Notes: generated from the letters alone by a model not told the origin. DNA of 64,000 bases from Malacoraja senta (GCA_038087875.1 CM075990.1:9302001-9366000); one strand, 5' to 3'; positions 36,355 through 50,049 are shown, counted from the stretch's first letter. Numbers and translations are program-made.

Positions 36355-37444
36355 TTTAAATGTTACCTTTAAATTCTGGAACAAAGTATGAAACCACCAG
36401 CTATTGACTTCAAGAGAGTGAATGTTATGACTGAGTTTAGCTCAAAAATATAGAATATATATTTTGGAAAAAAATTAATCTTGGCAAAGAACTACAGTTC
36501 AGTTAATAAAAAGAAACAGTGAATAAATGAGGCGTGAGTATATGAGGCAGGCAGATGAGATTTTGAAATAAACACATATTGGCAAAACAAATAAAAACAA
36601 AATTCACAAATGAATCATGTAAATAACCACAAGAATAATTTTGTATCGAGATCCTATTGCTGATAAAATGTACACCCATATATATTTCTCCTATCTCTCA
36701 ATGTGACATCATAGTTCAGAAATTTGTGAAATGTATTTTTACCTCAATTTCTCCTGTATTCCTAGGATCCGCTTATTTTCAGCTGCAATCACACGTCTCT
36801 ACACTGTCCACTAAATGTGATGACTTTTCTCCAGAGCAACAAACATCTGTATAAGGGAAAATTGCACCTATTTGCTTTGATCTCAGCTACCCTTCTCACG
36901 CAGAGTGTTTTTTTGCTTTTGCTGGAAACCCTATTGCAGATTGATTTGTCATTGTGCCAAATATTTCCACCCTGCCGCAAGCGTGATGTTTGATGTGCAT
37001 TGTAGTTTGTGTGGTTCCCAATTTATAGTCCACCAATCTACATAGATAAGGTGTCTATACATCATACCATAGTAAGTGTCACAGCTGCAAATGTTAAGAC
37101 CACCAGTTCACAAAAATCATTTGTATCTATCTATTCCCAACCAAACACGCCTCTAAAGCATGCGACTCTTTTAGTCTCTGTTTATGTAGTCGTTTTAGGC
37201 AATCAACCCAAATCCTTTAGGTGTCATGCAACCCTCTAATCTTCCAAAGGGGTTATCAAATTCAAATCTCGAGAGTCTTCTCCTCCCTCCACATTTTTGC
37301 TGGTGTGTTCTATTCACTCTGTTTCAGCTTTTCAATGTTTCTTCATTTCCTTGCTCTCCTTTCGTGTTTCAAATATCTTTACATTAGCTTGAACTAGATT
37401 TCATTTTTCTGGACTGCTTTTAAGAATGTCTTTACCTTTAAAAT

Positions 37445-39415
37445 AGTTATGGGTAAGGACAGAGTTGGTGTTTAACACAAGTTGATGTTTGAAATTGGGA
37501 CAAGGCCAACTTTGATGGTATTAGGCAAGAGCTTGCAAAAGATGATTTGAGCAGGTTGTTTGCGGGTAAAGGGACATCCAAAAAGTGGGATGCTTTTAGA
37601 GTGATATTTCGAGATCCGGGTATGTATTTTTCTTTTAAAGTACGAAGGACAAGGCAGGTAGGAGTAAGGAACCTGGATGACAAGAGAAATTGAGGTGCTG
37701 TTCAGGAAAAAAAAGGCGTTAGTCAGGCTTAGGCAACCGGGATCAAATGTATCCTTGGTGGAGTATAGGAGATTGAGGAGAATACTGAAGAAGGAAAAGG
37801 GCAAATAGGGATTGTGTGAGTGCTCTGGCTTTTAAGATGAAGGAGAATCCAAAGAGATTTTGTAAGTATATTAAAGAAAAATGGGTAACACAAGAGATAA
37901 TAGGGTCTCTGAGAAACCAATGTGGTCACCTATGTGCGAAGCTGCGGAAGATAGGCAAGGTCCTCAATGAATAATTCGCCTCTGTTTTTACTATCATCAA
38001 GATTAGGGAATTGGACCAGGTAATGGGGATTCATGAGGACAGCCCATACTATTGTATCTTACTAATTTGATTGAGTTTTTTAAATTAGTAACCAAGGCGT
38101 CTGATGAAGGCTGGGCCATAGACATAGTTTTTAGTTGTTAGAGATACAGCACAGAAACAGGCCCTTCGGCACTGAGTCCACACCGACCAGCGATCCCTGC
38201 ACATTAACACTATTCTACACACGAGGGAGAAAACCCACGCGGTTACCGGGAGAACGTACAAACTCCGTACAGACAGCACCTGTAGTCAGGAACAAATCCG
38301 GGTCTCTGGTGCTGCAAGCGCTGTAAGGCAGCAAATCCTTGCAGCGCCACCGTGCCACCTTTCAGTAAGGTTCCACATGGTAGGCTGCTGTAGAAGGTAA
38401 GATCACATGGGATCCATGTGGATACGTAGCTGGATACATAATTAACTTCTTGGTAGGAAGCAGAGGGTTTTGTTGGAAGGTTGTTTTTTCAGACTGGAGG
38501 TGAGTGACTAGTGATGTACCTCATCAATCGGTGCTGGGCCCATTGCTGTATGTCATCTATATCAACGATTTAAGGGAGAATATACGAAGCATGATGAGTT
38601 TGTTTGCAGATGACACTAAAATAGGTAGTATCATAGACAGTACAGATGAATATCAAGAATAACAGTGAGATCTTGATCAGCTGGGCAAGTGGGCCAAGGA
38701 ATGGCGAATGAAGTTTAATTCAGATAAGTGTGGTTTTGAAAAGTTAAACAAGGGCAGGACCTTCACAATGAACAGTAGGGCCTTGAGGATTTTTGTCGAG
38801 CAGAGGGATCTATGAGTACACATACAAAGTTCCCTGAAAGTGCATCACAGGTAAATAGGATGGTGAAGAAGGCATTTGGCACTTTGGGCTTCATCCGTCA
38901 GGGAATTGAGTACAGAAGTTGGGACGTTATGTTACAGCTGTACAAGATGTTGGGAAGGCTGCACAAGGTATGATGTTCAGTTTTTGTTACCCTGCATGAG
39001 GAAAGATGTAATTAAGCTGCAAAGAGTACAGAGAAGATTTAAGAGGATGTCCACAGACTCGAGGGCCTCAGCTATAAGGAGAGATTGGGCAAGCAAGGAC
39101 ATTATTCGTTGGAATGCAGAAGGTTATGGAGTGAAATTATTGATGTACATAAAATCATGAGAGGGTAAATATTTAATAGGAACATAAGGGGGAACTTTTT
39201 CATATAAAGAGAGATGGGTTTTTGAAACGAGCTTCCAGAGAACATAATTGAGATAGGTGGAATAACAACATTTAAAATACATTTGGATAAATTCACAGAT
39301 ATGAAAGGTTGAGAGGGATATGGGCCAAATGCAGGCAAATGAGACTAGCTTAGATGGGGCATCTTGGTTGGCATGGTCAATTAGGCCAAAGGACCTGTTT
39401 CCGTGCTGTGTGAAA
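37445..39415 (+). mobile_element. Long decayed CR1/HER1 LINE
   Basis: KENPKRF, KV.H.RLL, GKQRV, INDL, FADDTKIG and QRVQRRF motifs, with a 3' tail. Confidence 0.85.
38128..38360 (-). mobile_element. HE1/V-SINE-like SINE nested in the CR1
   Basis: Reverse complement matches 55078-55400. Confidence 0.85.
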
Positions 39416-40239
39416 CTAAACCCTCTTTTCAAAGCAATAAATGCTGTCTTGTGATCACTGTCTACATTCTTGACTGACATGTTCTCTATTTTTTTTTCTC
39501 CCTGGCTTATTTGTAAAGTTCTATAAAGCTCAAAGGGATATTACTAGCATTTTAACTAGCTTTATTTAACTGTTCAGGCCGATTCGCTTTGCCAGATTGA
39601 AACAAACCAAAAGCAAAAACAATCTATAGCCTCACAGCAAAAATAAACAACATCCTTAACGCCAAAACATGAAAAGGCTCAATTTTGCATTTTTGAAACC
39701 CACCTCCAATGCCAAGCCTTTCTACCAACTTTATAATTTTGTTTGAACCTCAAACTGTTTACATACCATCTATTTTCAGACTTCAAAGGCAAGAAATTGA
39801 AAGTAACCTTTATACATTCACAACGTGCAGTAACATCAAGATCTGTTCAAAGACAGACATAGCCACGGTAACTTAACTCAAATACTGAATTATTTAGTGG
39901 GGCTCACATCAAATTACTTATTTCCAGAAGAATTTCATTGTCGTGACCAGCTTCTTGATGTATAACTAACACCACCTCCATCACAGTCCTGCTACTTCTA
40001 ATATAATTTCATTCTGCTTATTTCAACAACCATTCTGCCAAGTTGTTGGAGAATAGTACTTTCTGATGTACTGTTAATAAAACAAATTAATGCCTTAATA
40101 AATCCAACATAGAGTGGCCAATAAACACTTATATTTGTGCCCCATAACTAAAACTCCCCTCTATACTTGTCTTTAACCACATCCAATGCCTTAATCGGGT
40201 GAGTAAAATATGCAACACCCTTTATTAGGGCAAACTTAC

Positions 40240-40304
40240 TCGGCCTGTTCTTCAGCTGTCTGGAGGTTGACGATATTCATCGGCTCCAAAACACATGATT
40301 CATA
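40240..40304 (-). CDS. Candidate 65-nt exon
   Basis: Acceptor TTCCTTTTAG, donor GA|GTAAGT, and a single open frame YESCVLEPMNIVNLQTAEEQA. Confidence 0.4.
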
Positions 40305-41092
40305 CTAAAAGGAATTCACCCACCCACTTGGATGCTGAGTTGGAACTATAAATATGAGCAGTGCTTCTAATCTTGCACAGTACACAAGATCTTTCTCCCG
40401 AAGTGAAATCCTACACTTGAATTTCAAAAACTGTGGAAAACAGCAAAACAACTTCTGTTTATTACTGGAAAATTAGATTACTGAAAATTGAATAAGTACA
40501 CAACAACTCCACACATAAAACTGAACGACTATTCCCCATTTAGCTTACACAGATAATACCTAATGGCCAACAAGAATTACTTTTAGAATTTAATAATAGA
40601 CTAGGCCTTCATATTTATAGTTATTACAGTTATTCATAATTTAATTTACAAGTCATATTATACAATATTTCAGAATGAGAGATTAATCTGCTTTTATTAA
40701 TTAAATAATTTTTAAAAATCAGATAATGAACTAACAGACTGAGATTAATCTTTAATTTATCTTTTATTAATTTGAATCCGTTTCTGTTTAATTCTCACAA
40801 TTTAATTCAAATTCTGAATCTACATTTTCCATTCTTTTGACTTGCTTCATTTCCAAGCCGCAAAACAAATATTATCACTCTTCTGTTTAATTCAATCAGC
40901 TTAATGTACCCAAGAACATTAACATAATTCTAAAACCAAATTAAATCTTAGTAACTTTTACAAAGAATATTCACAGAACAAGAAATTCAAGAAATTAAAT
41001 ATTTGTTTTCCAGTAATATTCATTAAAAAGAGGTGCTATATATTTTTGTACCTTTCAGGCGTTCAAAAAGTCAATTTTGCACTTTTTAAAAT

Positions 41093-41412
41093 TTGAATTG
41101 AATTGAATTGAATACATTTTATTAGCCAAGTATATATACATACAATGAATTTGACTTGGCGCTTTCCTCGCAAGTAACAACACGATATACAGTAAACAAT
41201 TAAGAATAAAACATTATAATTTAAACATGTGAAGAATGAAATAAAATACCAGAGCAAAAGAAGGCTACAGACTTTTGGGTATTGAGTAGAGCTACTGCTC
41301 ATGGAAAAAAGCCGTTTTCATGTCTGGCTGTGGCGGCTTTGACAGTCCGGAGTCGTCTTCCAGAGGGAAGTGCTTCAAAGAGTTTGTGGCAAGGGTGAGA
41401 GGGGTCAGAGAT
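41093..41412 (-). mobile_element. Rex/Babar LINE 3' fragment
   Basis: ISDPSHP...LPSGRRLR and a (CAATT)n tail. Confidence 0.8.
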
Positions 41413-41456
41413 AGGTATGAAGCAAATAATATGGTTCAAATAATCTGTTTTAATGT

Positions 41457-41602
41457 GTAGGAGGAACTGCAGATGCTGGTTTAAACTGAAGATAGACACA
41501 AAAAGCTGGAGTAACTCAGCGGGTCTTCTCGAGAAAAGGAATAGGTGACGTTTCGGGTCAAGACCCTTCTTCTGAAGAAGGGTGTTGACCCGAAACGTCA
41601 CC
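41457..41602. mobile_element. Penelope-like insertion with fold-back (inverted) hammerhead region
   Basis: 16-bp TSD TAATCTGTTTTAATGT (41441-56, 41603-18) and a 63-nt near-perfect palindrome at 41542-41604. Confidence 0.88.
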
Positions 41603-41859
41603 TAATCTGTTTTAATGTTGGTTTATGACAAATACACTGGAAAGGAATAATCAGAATACTAACAAATAACTGTCCAGACAGGCTCTGAATTCAGTTAAAA
41701 TGAGACTTATCTTTCACTTTAATCAGTGGAAGTAGATTAAAAAATCTTGAATATTTTGATTCTTGATGTACAAAAATTCATACATTTATATTCAAATCAC
41801 AAAATCCAAAATTATAATAATGTAATAAATTTATTTTCCATTTTGTATGAATAGACCCA

Positions 41860-42005
41860 CATAACCCTTTCGAACTGAACACACAACTAGGGGAAACTCA
41901 CAGGGCTACAGGGGGAATATACAAATCTATACAGACAGTACCCAACTTCAAGATTGAACCAAGGTCTCTGTTGCCGAGAGGCAGCAGATCTACCAGCTGC
42001 CCTAT
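41860..42005 (-). mobile_element. Partial HE1-like SINE
   Basis: ACAGACAGTACC...GGTCTCTG..GC.G.GAGGCAGCAG.TCTACC.GCTG. Confidence 0.6.
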
Positions 42006-42449
42006 GTTGGCAAAGTAAAATTGGTCCCTATTACATTTCAATAAATATTTTATCCACCATACCCAAGGCCTTTGTATATTCGCTGAAGTGTAGTGCCTAG
42101 AGCTGGACACATTAATCCAGTTATGGCTAAACTACTCTTTTACAAAGATTCATCAGAGCTTCTTTGATTTGACACACTATCCTGTTTTTTTAAATCACTG
42201 TTCAATTCAATGTTAAAAGTCACAGCTCCAGCCTTACAATAAGAGATTATACATTTGTAGTTACTTCCTAAATGGAGGACACAAGAGACTAAATACGGGA
42301 TCTAAAATGTCAACACATTTAGTCAAAAGGCATTTCCAAAGTACATGTCCAGCATTTTACTTAAGGTAAAGCAACCTAATGTACAACTAGACCTTAACAA
42401 TATCAATACCTTCACAATACCTCGAATACCTCGAAAGACAAGCTTATCT

Positions 42450-42880
42450 CATGAGAAAACAGTAGACCATTCAGACCTTCAAACCTTATGATACAATCAC
42501 CCTGATCCACGGTCTCAATACCAGATTACAACACTCTCCCCATATCCCCTAATGCATTCTGTGACTTAAACCCTCCTGGGTCTGTACGTTTATCACCATC
42601 TGAGTGAAGATATTTCTCCTCATTTCTTCTGTATCCTGAGAATATGCCCTGGTTCTGGACCATATACATTAAGGAGAAACATCTCCCCTGCACCTAGTCT
42701 GTCAAGCCCTATCAGAATGTTATATTTTCGCAAGATCTCTCATTCTTCTAAACTCTAATAAATGCAGGCTTATTCGAGCCAATCTCCCCTTGCACTGCCA
42801 TCCCTGGAATCGATCTGCTGAGGTTTTGCTGTTCATCAATGGCAAATTTATCCTTTATTAAGTGGCCGACCAAAATTGAA
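42450..42880 (-). mobile_element. Old CR1 relic
   Basis: Decayed CR1 3' region, for example CTCTCATTCTTCTAAACTC and GACCAAAATTG. Confidence 0.5.
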
Positions 42881-43699
42881 AATTTCACAAAGTCAAAGAT
42901 TCAAAGCAACAGATGAAGTTCACTTATGCCCCAATACCCCAATTTGAATTGAGTTTTTTAATTTATGGAGCTTGTCTCTCAGAGCGATAGCCATAAAACA
43001 AACTGAAAGCCCAGGTAACTAAATAAATAAAGTAACTAAATTACTTGTTGTTACACTGAACATATTTGGTAACATTTTTAAGGGATCTCTCATGTTTGTG
43101 TTTAATAGGTTGATGCCCAGGGCATATAATAGTCAAGTGGATTTTTGAAGGTTTAATGGTAATAGTGAACTTGTTCCAGGGTCATATAACTATGTGCGTA
43201 TGATTGACATAATACAATTATTTGACATATGCGGGTTAAGGCAGATGAACTGAGGAGTTGATGTCATCATTTGCTATTTAATGGAGCATTCAAAATAATA
43301 GGAATGCACTCCGTAAGGGTACACATATAAATGGACCATGCATGGAAGCTTAATGAAGTCTGCTGACAATGATTACAAAAACAGAACTGCGTCAAACATT
43401 ATATTGTTAAGATGCATCTGTCTGCCTTAAGACCACTCTGTGATTCTTTACGTAAACATAAGTTGATAGGTTAAACTTTTCAGGGAGAAATGAAAAGTAT
43501 TTATTGGTACCATGTTTTAAGCTTTTAGCATCAGGTGATATTTTTTAAATAACTTTCCCCTTCTCACATATGCACGGGTAAATCTTTAGTAAATTGCTTG
43601 CCTCCACAGCTTTATACAAAATCAGAAGACATGATTTTTTGTGTCCTAGCTTCCCCGAAGTTCATCCTCTCAGACCACTATATTGAGCATTCATACACT

Positions 43700-44700
43700 A
43701 TGGCTAAATCTGTAATGACGAAATTATATTGTAATCACTGTGGATCACACAAATGCAGCAGTAGTACAATTTAACCACAGCTGATAACATCTATCTATTT
43801 GCTTAAAACATCTTAAAAAAATGAAAATAATCTGTCCTCTATATAACTCTCAATTTTTCTTACAACTCATGTCCAACTGATGTCCGTACTGATAGATGAT
43901 GCAAATAGTTCAATTATACCTTTTCTTTACACTCAGATTTTACATTGTTTGCGAACAGTTCTCTGAAATAGTATCAGTGACAGTTTGATGAATGCTAACA
44001 TTAGTGTCCAGGAAACTTCACTGCTATTCTTCCATTACTTCTATTTAGTATACTCTGGAGCAGAATTACTGTCACATCGGGGAGAAATTAAGACTGACAA
44101 CAGCAGCTTCCTCCTCCAGAATTAAGGCTTACAATGCTTTTGCCTTCCTGTGATTATAAATGAGTAGCAAGCACATGGACACTTTTCCCCAATGCAACAA
44201 CACAATGTAGATAAGAATTACTGATAATGTAGGAGAGATGTGGTGTTCATTTGAAAGAAATGTCTTGATGGACAGAATTACATTTCTTTGTTTTTAAAAT
44301 TGCTTTGAGTGCTGTCTTTCTCTGGACAATTGTTCTGCACATTATTAAACTGCCAATAATTCAGTTCTGTGGAATCATACTGGCAGATATTTAACACACA
44401 CAGCAGATGAGGTAAGATTGCTTTGGCAGAACAGTTGGCATAGCTACAGGATGCTGATAACGTGTTTTTTATTTTTTTATTTGAACCTGCTAACAAGCAC
44501 AGAGAAGAAATAATAGATGCAACAAATGAGAAGGCTGGGACTTTGGTGCAAGTCCAAAATCTCACTCTGAAAGCAATTATAACTCTTTCTTTGAAGATCT
44601 TCTCATATGGATGGACTCCTGATTTAGCAGTTGTCAGTTGAGGAGAGATTATGCAAACTTGGTCTGAAAAATGATAGGCAATCTCACTGAAATGTACCGA
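43700..44700 (+). mobile_element. Ancient Tigger/pogo (DDE_1) transposase relic
   Basis: Collinear remnants RITV (44062), LPVI (44144) and LDNCSAH (44322-42). Confidence 0.45.
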
Positions 44701-44787
44701 TTCTATTACCACATAGCAATTTTATTTCCTCTCTTCGGGTGAATCATATATATCATAAATACGAGATACCCCATCAATAAGGGCACT

Positions 44788-45103
44788 TTAGACTTTAGAT
44801 TTTCGAGATACAGCATGGAAACAGGCCCTTCGGCCCACCGAGTCCGCACCAACCAATGATCACTCCGTATACTAATATTATCCTACATACTAATAACAAT
44901 TTACAATTTTACCAAAGTCAATTAACCTACAAACCTGTACGTCTTCGGAGTGTGGGAGGAAACCAGAGCACCCGGAGGAAACCCACGTGGGCACAGGGAG
45001 AACGCACAATCTCCATACAGACAGCACCCGTACTCAAGATCAAACACAGGTCCCTGCACTGTATGGCAGCAGCTCTAACGCTATGCCACTGTGCCGCCCC
45101 GAC
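44788..45103 (-). mobile_element. HE1/V-SINE-like SINE
   Basis: Near full-length reverse-complement match to 55078-55400. Confidence 0.88.
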
Positions 45104-45398
45104 CATAGCATGTACCATTGATGCTACATAGCATATTGTAAAGGGCTAACATGTTTGGAAAAAGATAGGAACAGCCTATTTCAGAGGCTGAAAGTGGGCA
45201 TTGAACTCAGATTTCACAAGTCATGGATTTGCCTGACCCAACATGCCAAAATGGGATATATGAACCAATTTTTTTTCAATTGAAGAGCTCAGTCAGATTT
45301 CTTTTCCAGCTTGAGTAAACTATGGTTATATGTATGACAAAGAACGAAAAGGATTTTTGTTATTTGTGTTCTATGTTTTGTCCTTTTTAGAATTGAGC

Positions 45399-46704
45399 TA
45401 TATACCTATAGTCAATAACCCTTCGTTTAATCCTTCTATTATAGATAAAGCTTATACACAATGGGATAGATTAGGAATTAAAACGCTTGGTGACTTGTAT
45501 GAAACTGGAAAATTACTTTCATTTCAACAATTACAAATAAAATATAAACTCGGAAATAATCAATATTTTAAATACTTTCAAATATGCGACTATTTGAAAA
45601 AATATACAAAAGATCATCATAATAACCCAGCAGATGTACTGGACGAGGCAATGCAGATAAAAGCGGAATCAGCAAACTTAATATCATATTTGTATAATAT
45701 TATCTTAAATGCACAAATACCATCTACGGAGGGTATCAGAAGAGACTGGGAACAAGAGTTAGCTATTAAAATTTCAAAGGAAAGTTGGAATGAATACTTA
45801 TTAAACGTGCATAAATGCTCGATTAATGTAAGACACACTTTAATACAATTTAAAATTTTACATAGATTATATTATTCGAAAACTAAAATTCATAAAATTT
45901 TCCCAAATGTATCATCTATTTGTGATAAATGTCAATCCCAAGAAGCTACCATAACGCACTCATTCGTTTCTTGTACAAAAAGTCAAAAATTTTGGAATGA
46001 AATTTTTGAAATCTTTACAAAGTTATTTAAAACAAGACTGATACCCAAAGCAGAATGGATTATCTTCGGTATAACGGAAGATGGTCCAGATCTAAATGTG
46101 TTTCAAAAGAAACTAATGGACTATGGGTTAATAACTGGAAAAAAGCTAATTCTAAAATTTTGGAAGAAGGCTCCAATACCAACTATAAATATGTGGATTT
46201 CAAATATGTTTGAAACATTACACCTAGAAGAGATAAGACTCCTCCTAGCAGGTAAACCAGATCACTTCCACCTGACGTGGTCTGCATTTATAGAATTATT
46301 ACAAACATAGGGTGCAAAAGTACTTAAAAAAAAAAAAAAATTGAGGTCAGGTAAGGGGGGATGATAGTTGAAGAGCTGCTATGTCCCATTTACGTAATGC
46401 TCATAAAAATATTTGTTTCTCTCTTTTTCCTCTTTCTCTCTTTCTTTCTTTCCTAGGGTCTATTTCTAAACTCTTTTTCTTTTGTTTTTAATTTTGCTCT
46501 TATAGGGTCTTCGTCCTTTTTTGTTGTCACATTTCCTACACTTTCACTTTTTCCTTCACTTTCTTCTTTCTTTCAATCTTTTCCTTTTCTAGTGTAAAAA
46601 ATAAATGGAGTACATTAATTGTAAGAAGATATAAATGACAAGTACTAATGTATGTGGTTGTAATGTAATGTACTTCTAATAAAATACAAATTTAAAAAAA
46701 AAAA
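45399..46704 (+). mobile_element. 5'-truncated L1/Tx1-clade LINE (ORF2 C-terminus, 3' UTR, polyA)
   Basis: TSD AGAATTGAGC (45389-98, 46705-14); zf-RVT-type FKILHRLY...CDKC...H.F..C; open to the stop at 46310; AATAAA and polyA. Confidence 0.92.
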
Positions 46705-46778
46705 AGAATTGAGCCATATAAATCATGGTCTTTTGTACAAATTCTCAGAAAAATCAACACAAATAACTGATCTATTAT

Positions 46779-47284
46779 TGATTTTATTTTTTATTTTTTA
46801 TTTATTAGAAGTACATTACATTACAACCAATTACACTAGTACTCATCACATATATCTTATTACAATTAATGTACTCAATTTATTTTCTACACTAATAAAG
46901 GGAAAGGATAAGATTGAGAGAAAGAAGAAAGTGAAGGGAAAAAGTGAAGGTGTAAAAAACGTGACAAAAAAACAAACAAAAAAAAACACAAAGACCCTAT
47001 AAGAAAGAAATTAAACACATAAGGAAAGAGTTAAGAAATAGACCCTAAAAAATAAGAAAAAAAAGAAATAGGGAAAAGAGAAAAACAGATCTTTCTTTTG
47101 TAAGCATCACGCAAATGGGACATACCAACTCTCCAGCTTTCATCCCCCCTTACCTGACCTCATTTAAAAAAAAATTTTTAGTACTTTTGCACCCTATACT
47201 TGTAATAATTCTATAAATGCAGACCACGTCAGGTGGAAGTGATCTGGTTTACCTGCCAGGAGGAGTCTTATCTCTGCTAGGTGT
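46779..47284 (-). mobile_element. Second 5'-truncated L1/Tx1 copy, tail-to-tail with the first
   Basis: 17-bp TSD AATAACTGATCTATTAT (46762-78, 47285-301). The reverse complement of about 47085-47284 matches about 46218-46420. Confidence 0.9.
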
Positions 47285-47842
47285 AATAACTGATCTATTA
47301 TGGTTTGCATCTAACTCCTAGCAGATATCTATCATAATCAGCAAACAAAATATAATCCTCCCCATATAATTTCTGTTCTCAATGTTAACATATCACAATA
47401 AACTCTACTCTAAGGTGGTTACAATCATGTGACATTTCTAAAGGCACTAAATTAGTTTTCTTTTCACGTTTGAAGGTCACCGAAACATGCTAATTTCACA
47501 TATTAGCCTGGATTCAATTGCAAGGGATACAACTCTATCAGAAAATACTTTATATGAAAAATCTCTAATATCTTGACTCCTAATATTACTATGAACCATG
47601 CTGATGATATGACCATCCCCCTGACCAAATGATTGGGAAAAAAACAATTGAAACTGAGTTATCAGAATAGACATCCAGTTATGTACAATATTGGGCATCT
47701 ACACACCTCCTGATTTGTTGTTTGCTTACAGCGTCTACCATCACCTGCCATGCTCTACTCTGTTCTTCCCTCAAGTTATACCATTCAATTCTTTCCTGCC
47801 TTTCATGCAAGGTCTAGTTGTTCAAGGATCCCAAGGAATATA

Positions 47843-49229
47843 GTTCAAGTTCAAGTTCAAGTGAGTTTATTGTCATGTGTCCCTGATAGGACAATGAAAT
47901 TCTTGCTTTGCTTCAGCACAACAGAACATAGAAGGCATTGGCTACAAAACAGATCAGTGTGTTCATATATCATTATATAAATATATACACACATGAATAA
48001 ATAAACTGATAAAGTGCAAATAACAGATAATGGGCTATTAATGTTCATAGTTTTGTCCGAGCCAAGTTTAATAGCCTGATGGCTGTGGGGAAGTAGCTAT
48101 TCCTGAACCTGGTCATTGCAGTCTTCAGGCTCCTGTACCTTCTACCTGAAGGTAGCAGGGAGATGAGTGTGTGGCCAGGATCGTGTGGGTCCTTGATGAT
48201 ACTGCCAGCCTTTTTGAGGCAGCGACTGCGATAGATCCCCTCGATGGAAGGGAGGTCAGAGCCGATGATGGAATGGGCAGTGTTTACTACTCCTTGTAGT
48301 CTTTTCCTCTCCAGGGCGCTCAAGTTGCCGAACCAAGCCACGATGCAACCGGTCAGCATGCTCTCTACTGTGCACCAGTAGAAGTTAGAGAGATTCCTCC
48401 TTGACAAACTGACTCTCCGTAATCTTCTCAGGAAGTAGAGGCACTGATGTGCTTTCTTAATAGTAGCATCAGTGTTCTCAGACCAGGAAAGATCTTCAGA
48501 GATGTGCACGCCCAGGAATTGAAAGCTCTTGACCCTTTCAACCATCGACCCATTGATATAAACGGGACTGTGGGTCCCCATCCTACTCCTTCCAAAGTCC
48601 ACAATCAGTTCCTTGGTTTTGCTGGTGTTGAGGGCCAGGTTATTGTGCTGGCACCATATGGACAGTTGCTCGATCTCTCTTCTGTACTCTGACTCATCCC
48701 CATCAGTGATACGTCCCACAACAGTGGTGTCGTCAGCGAACTTGATGATGGAGTTCGCACTATGACCGGCTACGCAGTCATGAGTATAGAGTGAGTACAG
48801 CAGGGGGCTGAGCACGCAGCCTTGAGGTGCTCCCGTGCTGATTGTTATCGAGTCTGACACATTTCCACCAATACGAACAGACTGTGGTCTGAGAGTGAGG
48901 AAGTCAAGGATCCAATTGCAGAGGGATGCGCAGAGACCCAGTTCTGCGAGTTTGGTAACCAGCTTGGAGGGGATGATTGTATTAAATGCCGAGCTGTAAT
49001 CGATGAATAACAGCCTGACATATGAGTTTTTGTTGTCCAAGTGGTCCAGAGCGGAGTGGAGGGCCAGCCAGATCGCATCCACCGTTGATCTGTTGTGGCG
49101 GTAAGCGAACTGCAGTGGGTCCAGGTTTTTGTCGAGGTAGGAGTTGATTTGCACCATGATCAACCTCTCAAAGCACTTCATCACCACAGGCGTTAGTGCC
49201 ACAGGTCGATAGTCATTGAGGCACATCAC
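47843..49229 (-). mobile_element. 5'-truncated Rex1/Babar LINE with uninterrupted 394-aa RT frame
   Basis: [36 protein letters not shown] 48045-49229; (CTTGAA)n tail. Confidence 0.93.
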
Positions 49230-50049
49230 TATTATACTATGTTAAATAGAGATGCATACTATAGTCAATACCACAAAAATAAAACACCAAAGATTAATGT
49301 CAATAATGGATGTCCTTTATGTTAAATGTTGAAATTGCTTCATTCCTATTTTCTAAAATCTTAAAAATGATAACATGTTGCAGTATGTCTATCGCAAGCC
49401 CTCTAGGATCAGATAAGCTTTTCTATTTGTAACATAAAGTGAAATGAACAAACGAGCACACGTTCAAATGTTGTATTGCCTCCCACAAAAGGTTCCACTT
49501 TAGAAATTGTGTTTCCAATGTATTAAATGTTCATTTTAAGAATGATATGCATTGTGTCAAAGTAGATTTATAATAATAGTTCTGATCTTTTTGCTTTTTT
49601 ATAAAGAGAGCTATTACAGACAGCTGGCACTTTTCTAATCTGCAATTTAATAGTATAACAAATTCTTCAGAAACCTTAAGTCAGATGCATATAATTCTGC
49701 TAATACAGAAGATTGCTATAAAGTTGAAAATTCCATACCAACTAAGGTTTTCAAATAAATTAAGGGAAGGTTGAAAAAATAAATCATCAATAGAAAATAA
49801 TCGGCATACTGGTGTAATTAAATTTCCACTTTTGCATACAAATACAATTTAATATTAAAAAGCCTCCAATTTAATTGTACCAATAAATTTGATGGTGTGA
49901 ATGCAGTTGTTAAAACAAATATAAATCCATGTATTCCAATTTAACTCCATCAAAGCAGATTATCCTAAACCGATTTTTTAAATTTCAAAAGAGCAGAGAT
50001 TTCCAAATTGCAGAGGCTGCATTGCTAGGAGTGGAGGAATATAGTGCAT

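Noticed and set aside
44278..44712. 144-aa minus-strand ORF or exon-like 44664-44564
   Set aside because: It overlaps a probable plus-strand Tigger relic and has no recognisable homology; it cannot be excluded but is unsupported.
45330..45398. Hydrophobic N-terminus on the 326-aa ORF (signal peptide?)
   Set aside because: It lies outside the TSD and is T-rich flank read in frame by chance.
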